Made by a program: the position numbers and the translations under genes | The notes under the pieces: model-generated | What the model was told of the DNA's origin: nothing | Seen by the model: only the letters and a program-made list of their open reading frames with translations | Database searches by the model: none | Part shown: positions 51,816-62,238 of the stretch, in pieces | How the letters are laid out: every line of letters begins with the position of its first letter | Position numbering within the stretch: position 1 is the stretch's first letter | NCBI GenBank assembly: GCA_050295955.1 | Contig: JBNKQQ010000024.1 | Location: forward strand, 88,529-152,528 | Length of the DNA stretch: 64,000 nucleotides | Origin: Thiohalomonadales bacterium | Lineage (GTDB): Bacteria > Pseudomonadota > Gammaproteobacteria > RBG-16-57-12 | Direction of reading: 5' to 3'

Positions 51816-52160
51816 TCAGCGCGGATAGCGCATCCGTGTTCCATGGGTAAGAGAGAGATGAATCTCATCACTGCTCAGGGCATCAGGAAAGTAAACGCCA
51901 GAGATCATCGCCCCATGGATACTCGCCCCTTCCAAACGACATTTGCGCATATCGACAGCGCGTATGTCTGCCTGGCGAAAATAACAATCGCTCATATCCA
52001 GGCCATCGGCATCCAGCCCTCGCAGATCAAGGCCTCGGAAGTCACAACCCACCAGATCACAGGACTCACCAGCAGCGCGGCGCTGATTAAACTCTTCAAT
52101 TTTGCCATCTCTCAACAGTTGGTACATCGGATCAGATTTAATTTGTGGTTTATTATTCAT
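51816..52160 (-). CDS. Pentapeptide-repeat protein
   Basis: 114 aa with consecutive A(D/N)LxG-type pentapeptides (CDLVGCDFRGLDLRGLDADGLDMSDCYFRQADIRAVDMRKCRLEGA). Confidence 0.7.
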   Translation of the reverse strand: MNNKPQIKSDPMYQLLRDGKIEEFNQRRAAGESCDLVGCDFRGLDLRGLDADGLDMSDCYFRQADIRAVDMRKCRLEGASIHGAMISGVYFPDALSSDEIHLSLTHGTRMRYPR

Positions 52161-52169
52161 CGTTCCACC

Positions 52170-54113
52170 TTACTCCGCCATCGCTTCATGGCTTAACTGT
52201 AAATTACCAAATCGGTCTTTGTAGCCTACCCAGCCTTCAGCGAGATAGGTAGTAGAGACCTCATCGACGATCAAGCAGGGGCCTTGAATCTGCTGATAAA
52301 CCACCAAGGCATCACGCCACCAGAATCCATCACCATGCCCCAGCACTCCACCAGCCTGTTCCGGGAGTTGCATAGACTGTTGGGGTGAACTCACCCTAAC
52401 CCGCAAGTTAACCACCTCTACCGGCAACGATAAGGCATGACCAAAGCGCAACTGATGCTGCCGATGGAAAGCAGACGCCATGGCCTCCAAACTGTCCCAA
52501 GGTAGATTTAGGTAGAAATTCTGACCATGATAGCGCAGATCGACACTATATAGATGGGTAATCTGCCCCGCCTCTACCCCCTCGGCCAACAATTCATCAC
52601 GCCCCTGCATGGCCATCTCAGACAATAGATGCGCCACATCGCCCAACGCGATCTCATCCAACAGACTATTCAGGGTGCGAGAGAGTTCCCGCTGTCTAGG
52701 TGCCACTAGCATACCCAGAGCGGATAGCACACCAGAGTGGATTGGCACCAGCGCCCGCTTCATGCCTAACACCTGTGCCAGAGCACAAACGTGCAGGCCT
52801 CCTGCTCCCCCAAAAGAGGTCAAGGTTAATCCTCTGGGATCGACGCCTCGCTGCACCGACATCACCCGAAGCGCCCGAGCCATATGCTCATTGGCGACTC
52901 GTATCACACCTTCTGCCGCTTGGCGACGTGTCACACCTAACTGTGTCGCCAGCGTATCCATCGCTTTCTCTACCGCAGCCACATTCAAGGCCATATTACC
53001 GCCGAGAAACACCTCGGGAAGCAATCGCCCCAATATCAGATTAGCATCGGTCACCGTAACCTGCTCTCCTCCCTGACCATAACAGACAGGACCGGGTGTA
53101 GCGCCGGCAGACTCAGGCCCAACTTGCAGCATCCCTCCCTCATCCACATACGCGATAGAACCACCACCGGCACCGATGGTATGCATATCCACCATCGGCA
53201 CCGCTACGGGGTAAGGACCGATTCGCCCTTCACTGGTCAGCTCGATTCCGCCATCGATCAATGCCACATCGGTGGAAGTTCCCCCCATATCAAAGGTGAG
53301 CAATCGTTGATGCCCTGCCCGCCCCCCGATAAAATTAGCAGCCGCCAAACCACCGGCAGGCCCGGAAAGCAGCAGTCGCACTGAGTGCCGCGCTGCCTGT
53401 TCCAAGGCAATGGTACCCCCGGTACTCTGCATCACCGATACCCTCGCCCCACCTAAGCCCTGCTTAAGACGATTCAGATAGCGATCCATTAACGGTCCTA
53501 CCCAGGCGTTCAACCAAGTTGCGACACCCCGCTCATACTCCCGGTATTCGGGTAGCACTTCCGATGAACGGGAGACAAAAATACCCTCTGGCACAATCGC
53601 CTCGATCTGCTTTTCAAAACTATCATCTAAAAATGAGAACAGCAGATTGATAGCCACCGCCTCCGGCTGCAACGCTTCAAGCTGCTCCAATAACTGAGCT
53701 AATTGCTCTTCAGTCAGCGGAGTCACCACCTCGCCCGTCACTGAGAGACGGCCTCCACACTCTAGGCATAACGCCCGAGGAACAGGGGGCGTTATCGGTT
53801 CAGGCTGAAGGTTATACAGCTCTGGACGATTCTGACGGCCGATCGTCAGCACATCGGCCAAACCGAAATTAGTGATATAGGCGGTGCGCACACCTTTGCC
53901 TTCCAATGCAGCGTTGGTTGCTACTGTTGAGCCGTGTACAACGATTAAGTTCGCCAGCATCTCAGGGGTATTTAATCCCAGTTCATCAACCCCCTGAAGG
54001 ATGGCTCTCTCCGGCGAATCTGGTGTGGAGAGCACCTTGTGTACCTTAAGAGATTCTCCATCAAACAGGAGAAAATCGGTGAAGGTCCCTCCGGTATCAA
54101 CACCTAACCACAT
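52170..54113 (-). CDS. Hydantoinase/oxoprolinase family protein (HyuA-like, solitary; no HyuB partner in window)
   Basis: Preferred start is MWLGVDTGGTFTDF..., the hydantoinase/oxoprolinase N-terminal motif. The ORF track extends to 54170, overlapping the divergent ABC ATPase gene. The protein has an ASKHA-type fold. Confidence 0.8.
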   Translation of the reverse strand: MWLGVDTGGTFTDFLLFDGESLKVHKVLSTPDSPERAILQGVDELGLNTPEMLANLIVVHGSTVATNAALEGKGVRTAYITNFGLADVLTIGRQNRPELYNLQPEPITPPVPRALCLECGGRLSVTGEVVTPLTEEQLAQLLEQLEALQPEAVAINLLFSFLDDSFEKQIEAIVPEGIFVSRSSEVLPEYREYERGVATWLNAWVGPLMDRYLNRLKQGLGGARVSVMQSTGGTIALEQAARHSVRLLLSGPAGGLAAANFIGGRAGHQRLLTFDMGGTSTDVALIDGGIELTSEGRIGPYPVAVPMVDMHTIGAGGGSIAYVDEGGMLQVGPESAGATPGPVCYGQGGEQVTVTDANLILGRLLPEVFLGGNMALNVAAVEKAMDTLATQLGVTRRQAAEGVIRVANEHMARALRVMSVQRGVDPRGLTLTSFGGAGGLHVCALAQVLGMKRALVPIHSGVLSALGMLVAPRQRELSRTLNSLLDEIALGDVAHLLSEMAMQGRDELLAEGVEAGQITHLYSVDLRYHGQNFYLNLPWDSLEAMASAFHRQHQLRFGHALSLPVEVVNLRVRVSSPQQSMQLPEQAGGVLGHGDGFWWRDALVVYQQIQGPCLIVDEVSTTYLAEGWVGYKDRFGNLQLSHEAMAE

Positions 54114-54206
54114 CTTGTTGTAACACCTTATAAAATAGTTGCTTGATCTTTTATGCGCCCAATCTATCATAGAAAGCCGTTTTTCGCTGATAAGTCGAAG
54201 ATTAAG

Positions 54207-55157
54207 ATGGATACCCCACTGCTACAAGTTGATGAACTCAGCCGTCACTACGGCCCCATTTACGCTGTTAACCGCATCTCTTTTACCCTTAAGCGGGGTG
54301 AGGTACTTGGTTTTCTCGGACCTAATGGGGCGGGCAAATCCACCACCATGAAAATGATTACCGGCAACCTGGCCCCCACCTCTGGCAGTGCGATTATTAA
54401 CGGCTTCGATATTCTGGATAATCCCAAAGAGGCGAAAGCCGCCTTGGGTTTTCTTCCTGAGCAGCCTCCCGTCTATAAAGAGCTGACCGTTGATGAGTAC
54501 TTAGATTATGCGGCACGGATCAATCGCTTAAATAAATCCCAAATCACCTCGGCGATCGATAATGCTAAGCAACGATGTGGTCTGGAACAGATGAGCCGTC
54601 GGTTGATTGGCAACCTCTCCAAGGGATATCAGCAACGGGTAGGCATTGCTCAAGCGATTATCCATAGCCCTGAACTGGTGATTCTGGATGAACCCACGGT
54701 GGGATTAGATCCTATTCAGATTCGTGAAATCCGCCAGCTAATTCGAGACCTGGGCCAGGAGCATAGCGTTATTCTCTCCACCCATATCCTGCCCGAGGTA
54801 CAAGCTACCTGTGATCGGGTTCAGATTATCAACAATGGTGAACTGGTGTTTAACGACACCATTGAAGGGCTCAGCCAGCACATGCAAACCACTGCACTGT
54901 TGGTGCGCTGCCATCGCCTGCCAGTTCTCTCCTCACTACTGGAGCTGAGTGGTGTACAGGATGTACAACAGCTGGATGATGACAGTGTACGCATCCATTT
55001 TTTACCCGAGCAGGACCCCACCGAAGCGATCGTCACCCACTCTGTCAACAATGGCTGGGGCCTCTACGAACTGACACCTGAACGGCTTAGCCTGGAGGAG
55101 GTATTTGTTGACCTCACCTGCAATGAACCACTGCATCATGAGGAGGTTCAGTCATGA
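54207..55157 (+). CDS. ABC transporter ATP-binding protein (GldA-like exporter ATPase)
   Basis: Walker A GPNGAGKST, signature LSKGYQQR, Walker B VILDEPTVGLD. The preferred start is MDTPLLQV at 54207. Confidence 0.85.
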   Translation: MDTPLLQVDELSRHYGPIYAVNRISFTLKRGEVLGFLGPNGAGKSTTMKMITGNLAPTSGSAIINGFDILDNPKEAKAALGFLPEQPPVYKELTVDEYLDYAARINRLNKSQITSAIDNAKQRCGLEQMSRRLIGNLSKGYQQRVGIAQAIIHSPELVILDEPTVGLDPIQIREIRQLIRDLGQEHSVILSTHILPEVQATCDRVQIINNGELVFNDTIEGLSQHMQTTALLVRCHRLPVLSSLLELSGVQDVQQLDDDSVRIHFLPEQDPTEAIVTHSVNNGWGLYELTPERLSLEEVFVDLTCNEPLHHEEVQS

Positions 55158-55900
55158 TATTTACCCTGGCTTCCCGCGAGCTCCGCAGCCTGTTTCTCTC
55201 ACCACTGGCCTGGGCAATCCTCGCTGTGGTACAGCTGATTCTGGGCTTTATGTTTCTCTCTCAGGTGGATACATTCCTACTGTGGCAAGCACAGATTGCC
55301 ATGTTGGAAGGCGCGCCAGGTATCACTGAAGTGGTTGCTGCCCCGGTGCTGGCTAATGCCGCCGTAGTATTGCTGCTTGTTGTGCCACTACTCACTATGC
55401 GACTGATCAGTGAAGAGCGCCGCAATCAAACCCTACCATTGCTCTTCTCCGCCCCCATCTCGATGACAGAGATTGTGCTGGGTAAGTATTTGGGGATCCT
55501 AGGCTTCCTATTGATTATGGTGCTGATGATTGCACTAATGCCCCTCTCTCTTCTATTAGGTGGCAATCTGGATTTAGGCATGTTGGCCTCAGCACTGTTA
55601 GGGCTCACACTACTGCTAGCCAGCTTTGCCGCTATCGGCCTCTACATCTCCAGCCTTACCAACCACCCCGCCGTGGCCGCCATTACCACCTTTGGCGCCT
55701 TACTGCTGCTATGGATTATCAACTGGGCCAGCAGCAATGACCCCAATAGTGTGCTGGGCTATCTCTCTATGTTGCAGCATCTTCAACCAATGCTAAAAGG
55801 GATTTTTGATAGTAGCGATCTGGCCTACTTTATTCTGTTTATTCTCTGCTTCCTGGTGCTGGCAATCCGCCGCCTGGATGCTGATCGACTGCAACATTAA
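55154..55900 (+). CDS. ABC-2 family transporter permease (GldF-like)
   Basis: 248 aa with 6 predicted TM segments. Its start overlaps the ATPase stop (ATGA). Confidence 0.75.
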   Translation: MIFTLASRELRSLFLSPLAWAILAVVQLILGFMFLSQVDTFLLWQAQIAMLEGAPGITEVVAAPVLANAAVVLLLVVPLLTMRLISEERRNQTLPLLFSAPISMTEIVLGKYLGILGFLLIMVLMIALMPLSLLLGGNLDLGMLASALLGLTLLLASFAAIGLYISSLTNHPAVAAITTFGALLLLWIINWASSNDPNSVLGYLSMLQHLQPMLKGIFDSSDLAYFILFILCFLVLAIRRLDADRLQH

Positions 55901-55913
55901 GGGCCTGATCTAA

Positions 55914-57251
55914 ATGAAATACCATCACCCAAGCAAGAATCAACTGCGCCTACAGAACCTGATATTTCTGGTGCTATTTCTAACCATCATTGGTCTGCTA
56001 GGTTGGCTAAGTAGCCAATACCATTTTGAATCAGACTGGACGGCCAATAGCCGCAATACGCTATCTGAACAGAGCACCAAGCTGCTAGCCACACTGGAAA
56101 AACCGATTCTGGTAGAGGCCTTTTTACGAGAGGGAAATCCACAGCAGGCAGCTATCAGCGAGGTATTCCAACGCTACCAACGATACTACCCTACACTGGA
56201 AATCACCTTTATCAATCCAGACACCGATCCTGATCGAGTTCGTGAGCAGGGCATCACCATGGAAGGTGAGATGGTAATCCACTACGGTGAACGCCGGGAG
56301 AATCTCAAACAACTCTCCGAAGAGGCCATCACCAACACTCTGATGCGCTTAGCTCGCAGTGATGAACGCTGGATTGTCTTCCTCAATGGTCATGGTGAGC
56401 GGGATCCGCTGGGCGAAGCCAACTTCCACTACAGTGAATGGGGCAAACAGCTGCAACAGAAAGGCTTCAGCCTTCACAAAATCAACCTCAGTACAACGCC
56501 CGAGATTCCCACCAACACCTCGGTGCTGGTCATCGCTGATCCACGCACCCAGTTGTTGCCAGGGGAGATCGCCATGATTCAGCTCTACCTGCAAAAGGGC
56601 GGCAACCTACTATGGCTGCGGGAACCGGATAATCAGGGCTTGGATGCACTGATTGAACAATTAGGCTTGAGTACACAGGAAGGCATTCTGGTGGACCCCA
56701 CAGGCCAACTACTGGGTATCTCCGATCCCCGTTTTGCCATTGTGGCGGAATACCCCAACCATCCCATCACCTCACAGCTGGAGAGCCTCACCCTGTTCCC
56801 TCAAGCGGGTGGTATTAAAATGCTTGAGCAGAGCAACTGGCATAGCGAGGCACTTCTCACCACCCTAGCACGCAGCTGGCTGGAGAGGGATGAGATTGTC
56901 AGCCAGGTAGATTTCGGTGAAGGGGATCAACCTGGCCCTATCATGCTGGGCGTAGCGCTGGAAAAAACGGTGGAGGATCACAAGCAACGGGTGGTCATGA
57001 TTCACGATGCGGACTTCCTTTCCAACAGCTATCTGGGCAATGGCGGCAATTTGGACCTGGCACTAAATATCGCCAACTGGCTCAGCTTTGATGACCGTTT
57101 TATCGCCATTCCCGCTAAAAGTAGCCACGACACTGGTCTGGAGTTGGATGGTGCCGCCCAGTTCATTATCGGCTTTGGCTTTCTGGTGATCATTCCAGGC
57201 GGTCTGTTGCTGGCCGGTATTGGCATCTGGCTACGTCGCAGGAAACGCTGA
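55914..57251 (+). CDS. GldG-like ABC-transporter-associated protein
   Basis: 445 aa with an N-terminal TM, a large periplasmic domain and a C-terminal TM (…IIGFGFLVIIPGGLLLAGIGIWLRRRKR). Its position after the ABC-2 permease is typical. Confidence 0.7.
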   Translation: MKYHHPSKNQLRLQNLIFLVLFLTIIGLLGWLSSQYHFESDWTANSRNTLSEQSTKLLATLEKPILVEAFLREGNPQQAAISEVFQRYQRYYPTLEITFINPDTDPDRVREQGITMEGEMVIHYGERRENLKQLSEEAITNTLMRLARSDERWIVFLNGHGERDPLGEANFHYSEWGKQLQQKGFSLHKINLSTTPEIPTNTSVLVIADPRTQLLPGEIAMIQLYLQKGGNLLWLREPDNQGLDALIEQLGLSTQEGILVDPTGQLLGISDPRFAIVAEYPNHPITSQLESLTLFPQAGGIKMLEQSNWHSEALLTTLARSWLERDEIVSQVDFGEGDQPGPIMLGVALEKTVEDHKQRVVMIHDADFLSNSYLGNGGNLDLALNIANWLSFDDRFIAIPAKSSHDTGLELDGAAQFIIGFGFLVIIPGGLLLAGIGIWLRRRKR

Positions 57252-58081
57252 TGGATATTCGTAATCGCCTGAACTTGGGGTTGTTAGGCTTCGTCGTGGT
57301 GCTGCTCGCCGTTGTTCTATGGCCCAAGGCCCCGCCCCAGCCGCCGACGCCTACCCTGATAGACAGCTCTGCAATCAAACTCATTAGCATTTTACGCCAG
57401 GGATATGAACCCACTCTCTTAGAGCGTGATAGTTCAGGCTGGCAGCTGCCGCAATTCAAATTACCTGCCCGTCAGTCACTGATAGAACAGATTCTTAAGC
57501 TCCCTAATAGTGAAAGTCACGCCAGCTATCCCATCAGTGAAATGAAACTGGGTGCAATTGGCCTGGAGAACCCCGCCCTTTGTCTGCAGCTGGATCAGCA
57601 CAAGCTCTGCTTCGGCAATCGCAATCCACTGGATCAGCTACGCTATCTGCAAATCGATGATCAGGTTCACATGATCTACGACACCCTCTCCCATCAACTC
57701 AGTGGTGAGGCTAAGGATTATCTGTCACTACGGCTACTCCCGGAACAGGCTAAAATTGACCAGCTGCAGCTCAGTGGTTTACAACTCCAACGTAGTGAGA
57801 ATGGCTGGCAAGTGACACCGGAAAGCCATCATACCTCTGCCGATGCACCGCAGATCCTGATTGATGCCTGGAAAACTGCCAGCGCCTTGAACATTTCCCA
57901 CTACCAAAGTGATGAGCCAGAAGAGTGGTTTACCCTAACACTGCAAGATGGCGAAACCCTTCGCTTCGCATTAATTAGCAGTGAGCCGGAACTCATCCTT
58001 GCTCGGCCAGATCTGGGTATTCAATATCATCTTAGTGAGGGCAGTCTGCAGCAGCTGACCCGTCTCAACGAAAGCGAGTAG
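57251..58081 (+). CDS. DUF4340-like protein, partner of the GldG-like system
   Basis: 276 aa with an N-terminal TM anchor ([16 protein letters not shown]). The start overlaps the upstream stop (TGATG). The fourth gene of the conserved ABC/ABC-2/GldG/DUF4340 cluster. Confidence 0.5.
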   Translation: MDIRNRLNLGLLGFVVVLLAVVLWPKAPPQPPTPTLIDSSAIKLISILRQGYEPTLLERDSSGWQLPQFKLPARQSLIEQILKLPNSESHASYPISEMKLGAIGLENPALCLQLDQHKLCFGNRNPLDQLRYLQIDDQVHMIYDTLSHQLSGEAKDYLSLRLLPEQAKIDQLQLSGLQLQRSENGWQVTPESHHTSADAPQILIDAWKTASALNISHYQSDEPEEWFTLTLQDGETLRFALISSEPELILARPDLGIQYHLSEGSLQQLTRLNESE

Positions 58082-58083
58082 TT

Positions 58084-58899
58084 ATGCCGGAATTACCCGA
58101 GGTAGAAACCGTCCGCCGTGGTATCACCCCACACCTGGAAGGACAAACTATCAAGCAGATCATTATTCGCCAGCCCACCCTGCGCTGGCCGATCCCTCAA
58201 GAGATTTGCCAACAGCTACCTGGACACACCATCGATAAAATTGAACGGCGCGCCAAGTACCTGCTACTCCGTATTGCCAACGGCACACTGATCCTGCATC
58301 TGGGCATGTCTGGCTCGCTGCGTGTTCTGGATGAGTCCACCCCTGCAGGCAAACATGACCACTTTGATCTGGTGCTGAAAAGCGGCCAGTGCCTGCGCCT
58401 CAATGATCCGCGCCGCTTTGGTGCCGTATTGTGGAGCACTGAACCGCCTCAGCAACACCAGCTGATTCAACATCTTGGCCCTGAACCACTGAATAATACC
58501 TTCAATGGAGAGTACCTCTATCAAGCCTCCCGTAAGCGTAGTGTCGCCATTAAGCAGTTTCTGATGGATAACAAGGTGGTGGTAGGAGTAGGAAACATCT
58601 ATGCCAATGAGTCACTGTTTATCTGCGGTATCGATCCGCGGCGTAAGGCTAACTCCATTAGCAAGGCGCGCTATCTGCACTTGGTTGAAGTGATTAAAGA
58701 GGTGTTGACGAAAGCGATAAAACAGGGTGGGACAACCCTAAAAGATTTCACCCAAAGTGACGGTAAACCCGGCTATTTTGCCCAGCAGCTACAGGTTTAT
58801 GGCCGCACCGGAGAGCCCTGCCCCACTTGTGGCGGAACAATCAAACAGATCACCCAAGGCCAGCGCTCCAGCTTTTTCTGCCCTCGTTGCCAGCGCTAG
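58084..58899 (+). CDS. mutM: Formamidopyrimidine-DNA glycosylase
   Basis: [13 protein letters not shown]... catalytic N-terminus, H2TH, and a C-terminal zinc finger [25 protein letters not shown]. Confidence 0.9.
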   Translation: MPELPEVETVRRGITPHLEGQTIKQIIIRQPTLRWPIPQEICQQLPGHTIDKIERRAKYLLLRIANGTLILHLGMSGSLRVLDESTPAGKHDHFDLVLKSGQCLRLNDPRRFGAVLWSTEPPQQHQLIQHLGPEPLNNTFNGEYLYQASRKRSVAIKQFLMDNKVVVGVGNIYANESLFICGIDPRRKANSISKARYLHLVEVIKEVLTKAIKQGGTTLKDFTQSDGKPGYFAQQLQVYGRTGEPCPTCGGTIKQITQGQRSSFFCPRCQR

Positions 58900-58939
58900 T
58901 CGCTGCAAAAACTTCAACAAAGCAGATGCCAATGGTGAT

Positions 58940-61900
58940 TTATATCTCAGCCAGCGGCATCGGCTCTGCGACAAAGTAACCCTGAGCGTAATCCACTTCC
59001 AACGCTACTAAGCAATCCAATATCGCCTGGCCTTCCACAAACTCAGCAATCGTCTGCAGGCCCATCACTTGGCCAATGTGATTAATCGCCTCAACCATTG
59101 CATAGTCAATGGCATCATCCACCATATCCCGGACAAACATGCCGTCAATCTTGAGATAGTCCACCGGCAGGTTTTTCAAATAGCTAAAGGATGAAACACC
59201 ACAGCCAAAATCATCCAGTGCAAACTTACATCCCAGACTACGCAACGCCTTGATAAATTTACTTGCCTGGGTCAGATTTGCCACAGCGGCCGTCTCGGTA
59301 ATCTCGAAGCAGAGGCAGTGATGCGGCAGTTTATATTGATGAATTTTATCGATAATATATTTCAGGAATTCCTCATCCCCCAGCGAGATGCCAGAGAGAT
59401 TAATGGCAAACATAATCTCCTGCTGAGGATGTTTTTCAATGTATTCGGCAAATGCCCTCAAACCATTGTCAATCACCCAACGGTCCATGTTGGTAATCAA
59501 ACCATAGCGCTCCGCCGCCGGTAAAAAAGCTCCTGGTGGAATCATCTCTCCCGATTCACCAATCATGCGAATTAGCACCTCATAGTGCTTAGCACTATTA
59601 TTCAGGTTCAGATCAGCAATCTCTTGAACATAGAGAACAAAGCGGTCCTCCTCTATCGCCTTGGTAATTAGTGTCACCCACTGCATTTCACCATGACGGT
59701 TCTTTAACTCTTTATCACTGGCTTCATAAATATGATAGCGATTACGTCCACCATCCTTGGCGGCATAGCAGGCAATATCAGCAGCACTCATCACCGAAGC
59801 CACGCTCTCTGATGCCTCATCCAACATCACTAAACCAATGCTAACCCCGACTTCAAAACTCTTATCCTCCCAGATAAATCGGAACTCCCGCACCGTATCC
59901 AAAAGGATCAAGGCCACTTTTTTTGCATGATCCAAAGAGCAATTATTAAGTATGACACCAAACTCATCGCCCCCCAAACGTGCCAGAATATCGCTAGCTC
60001 GCATCCTCTCCCGAAGTAACGTAGTCAACTGTTGAAGCAGGGCATCTCCTGCAACATGCCCACAGGTATCATTAACAACCTTGAATTGATCCAAATCAAG
60101 AAACAGCACCGCATTCTCTACCTTCTCCTTGCGTGCCTTCTGTAACGCCTCACCCAAGCGCTTCTCAAATACCAAGCGATTACTCAACCCAGTCAATGCG
60201 TCATGGCTCGCTTGATGGAGCAGCTGTTTACGCAATTGACGCTCTTCGCTGACATCACGAAATACCACAACGACACCCGTCACAACACCACGGTTATCCA
60301 ACATCGGGGCCATGGTGCTCTCAATCGCTACCATCTGGTTATGATGATTCAGCAGATTCATACTGTGATTCATGCTTAATAAATCACAGTACCCCTCGTG
60401 CAGGCATTGGTAGAGAGGGGTACTATCCATTGGCTCACCCAAATCATCATAAAGAGGGAGCACCTCCTCCAACAGGTGTCCCTGCATATCACTGCATGAA
60501 CAACCCAAAATACGCTCTGCGACCGGGTTAAGATATTCCACCCGCCCCCGATAATCGGCAGTCACTACCGCCTCCCCCAAAGAGCGTAACGTTACCTGAA
60601 GGCGCTCCTTCTCCTGAAATAGCTCCTCGGTGCGGTGTTTCACCCGCTGCTCAAGATCATCATAGGCGGCTTTTAATTTCTCCTGTGCCCGCTTACGCTC
60701 GGTAATATCCCGAGCCACACAGACGGCGCCAAACTCCCGCCCTTGGATATCGTGGATAACAGAAAAAGAGAGTAAGACCGGAATATACTGCCCACTACGG
60801 GTAATCAGGTATTTCTCCTGATCGTCGAAATCACTAGCTTCCAATAGAAACGAGAGCTGGCAACCGCCATGGCTATACGGTTCATCGCTACAAATCAGGC
60901 TCAGTGGAAACCCTTCAAGGTCTGAATGGTGCTGGTAACCTAATAACTTAACCGTAGCATCATTGACATGCTCGATACGCCCATCATTGGATAAAACAAT
61001 CAGCGCATCACTCATAGTACGCAGAATATTTTCGTTGTACTCCTTAGCATCAATCAAGCGGTGCTGATAATCTGAGATGGCCTCAACCATACTATTGAAA
61101 GATTTGCCCAGCTGGGCCAGCTCATCAGTGGAGTCCGGTACATCAACCATATGGAACTCCCCTTTGCCGAGCCGCTGGGCGGAATCAGAAAGAGTGCGGA
61201 TGGGTTGTATAATGACCCGCTGCATCAGCGACCAAAGCACCAGCAAAATTGCCACGGCAACAATCAATGCAATAATCCGCATCTTGTTGGAGAGGTTATC
61301 GATCTTTTCCAGAGCATGTTCCATGCTCATCACCAGGCGCACTACACCGATCACCTGTTGTGAATCATCAGCAGAGAAGATAGGGGTTAATCGTTGATAA
61401 TATTCTGCAGAAAGATTATCCATTTCAATCGGTAGGGCTGTTGCAAAAACCTGATCAATTGACTCGATCAAGCCATCCAGCTCCACCCATGCACCATAGC
61501 CATGTAGTAATTCTACATCTCGGCTATAGACATCCAACTGCATCACTTCGAGTATGCCGCGGATTTGCGATACCAGACTGTTTAAAGAGTGCTGCTTATC
61601 ATGGGCGCGACGCAATATCCATGCAGTCTCATCAGTAATATTTTGACTAGTTACCGCTAATGCCTGCTCATTGGTAGTCACAGAGTCCAAAGTGAGTAGA
61701 ATGATCGCAATGACCTCACCCTGCCCGGTCACTTCCTCAACAATGGGAAATGCCTGTCCGTATAACTGCCCCTGAGAGTTTACGAGATTCCGCGTGGTAC
61801 CATGATAAGCAACATCCTGCACCGCTAGGCTCTTCTCTCCCGGGGGCAGTAAAATATCATGCTGCGAATCGCTGTTGGCAATGATACGGAGGTCTTCATC

Positions 61901-62161
61901 GAACACGATGATGGAGGCAATATTCTCGGTGCCAGCTAGCCGCTGTACCTCTCGTTGCAAATTACTATGCTGTAATTCGATTTCGCTTAATAGTTCACCA
62001 AGTCCAGAGCTGACAACCTTAGAGATTGAATTGGCATTGGCGCGCACCTCATCCAACATACCTCTGGTCTGCTGATCCAGCACAAAATAAAAACCTACTG
62101 AGAGTATTGTGCCCAGCGTCAACAACACCCCAAGGATCAACTTACCACCGAGTCTAAACAT
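58940..62161 (-). CDS. Membrane sensor diguanylate cyclase/phosphodiesterase (periplasmic sensor-HAMP-PAS-PAS-GGDEF-EAL)
   Basis: 1073 aa. Two TM segments flank a ~290-aa periplasmic domain. The GGDEF motif is RLGGDEFGV. The EAL domain has E(I)TE and DDFGCG motifs. Confidence 0.85.
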   Translation of the reverse strand: MFRLGGKLILGVLLTLGTILSVGFYFVLDQQTRGMLDEVRANANSISKVVSSGLGELLSEIELQHSNLQREVQRLAGTENIASIIVFDEDLRIIANSDSQHDILLPPGEKSLAVQDVAYHGTTRNLVNSQGQLYGQAFPIVEEVTGQGEVIAIILLTLDSVTTNEQALAVTSQNITDETAWILRRAHDKQHSLNSLVSQIRGILEVMQLDVYSRDVELLHGYGAWVELDGLIESIDQVFATALPIEMDNLSAEYYQRLTPIFSADDSQQVIGVVRLVMSMEHALEKIDNLSNKMRIIALIVAVAILLVLWSLMQRVIIQPIRTLSDSAQRLGKGEFHMVDVPDSTDELAQLGKSFNSMVEAISDYQHRLIDAKEYNENILRTMSDALIVLSNDGRIEHVNDATVKLLGYQHHSDLEGFPLSLICSDEPYSHGGCQLSFLLEASDFDDQEKYLITRSGQYIPVLLSFSVIHDIQGREFGAVCVARDITERKRAQEKLKAAYDDLEQRVKHRTEELFQEKERLQVTLRSLGEAVVTADYRGRVEYLNPVAERILGCSCSDMQGHLLEEVLPLYDDLGEPMDSTPLYQCLHEGYCDLLSMNHSMNLLNHHNQMVAIESTMAPMLDNRGVVTGVVVVFRDVSEERQLRKQLLHQASHDALTGLSNRLVFEKRLGEALQKARKEKVENAVLFLDLDQFKVVNDTCGHVAGDALLQQLTTLLRERMRASDILARLGGDEFGVILNNCSLDHAKKVALILLDTVREFRFIWEDKSFEVGVSIGLVMLDEASESVASVMSAADIACYAAKDGGRNRYHIYEASDKELKNRHGEMQWVTLITKAIEEDRFVLYVQEIADLNLNNSAKHYEVLIRMIGESGEMIPPGAFLPAAERYGLITNMDRWVIDNGLRAFAEYIEKHPQQEIMFAINLSGISLGDEEFLKYIIDKIHQYKLPHHCLCFEITETAAVANLTQASKFIKALRSLGCKFALDDFGCGVSSFSYLKNLPVDYLKIDGMFVRDMVDDAIDYAMVEAINHIGQVMGLQTIAEFVEGQAILDCLVALEVDYAQGYFVAEPMPLAEI

Positions 62162-62238
62162 GTAAAATGCCAGTTATTGCCATTATCAGCCTCAGTCTAC
62201 CGCAGTGGATGATATAGAGAAACGCATGATCCAATCCA

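Noticed and set aside
52609-53076. 155-aa plus-strand ORF antisense to the HyuA-like gene
   Set aside because: It is an antisense artefact within a conserved CDS.
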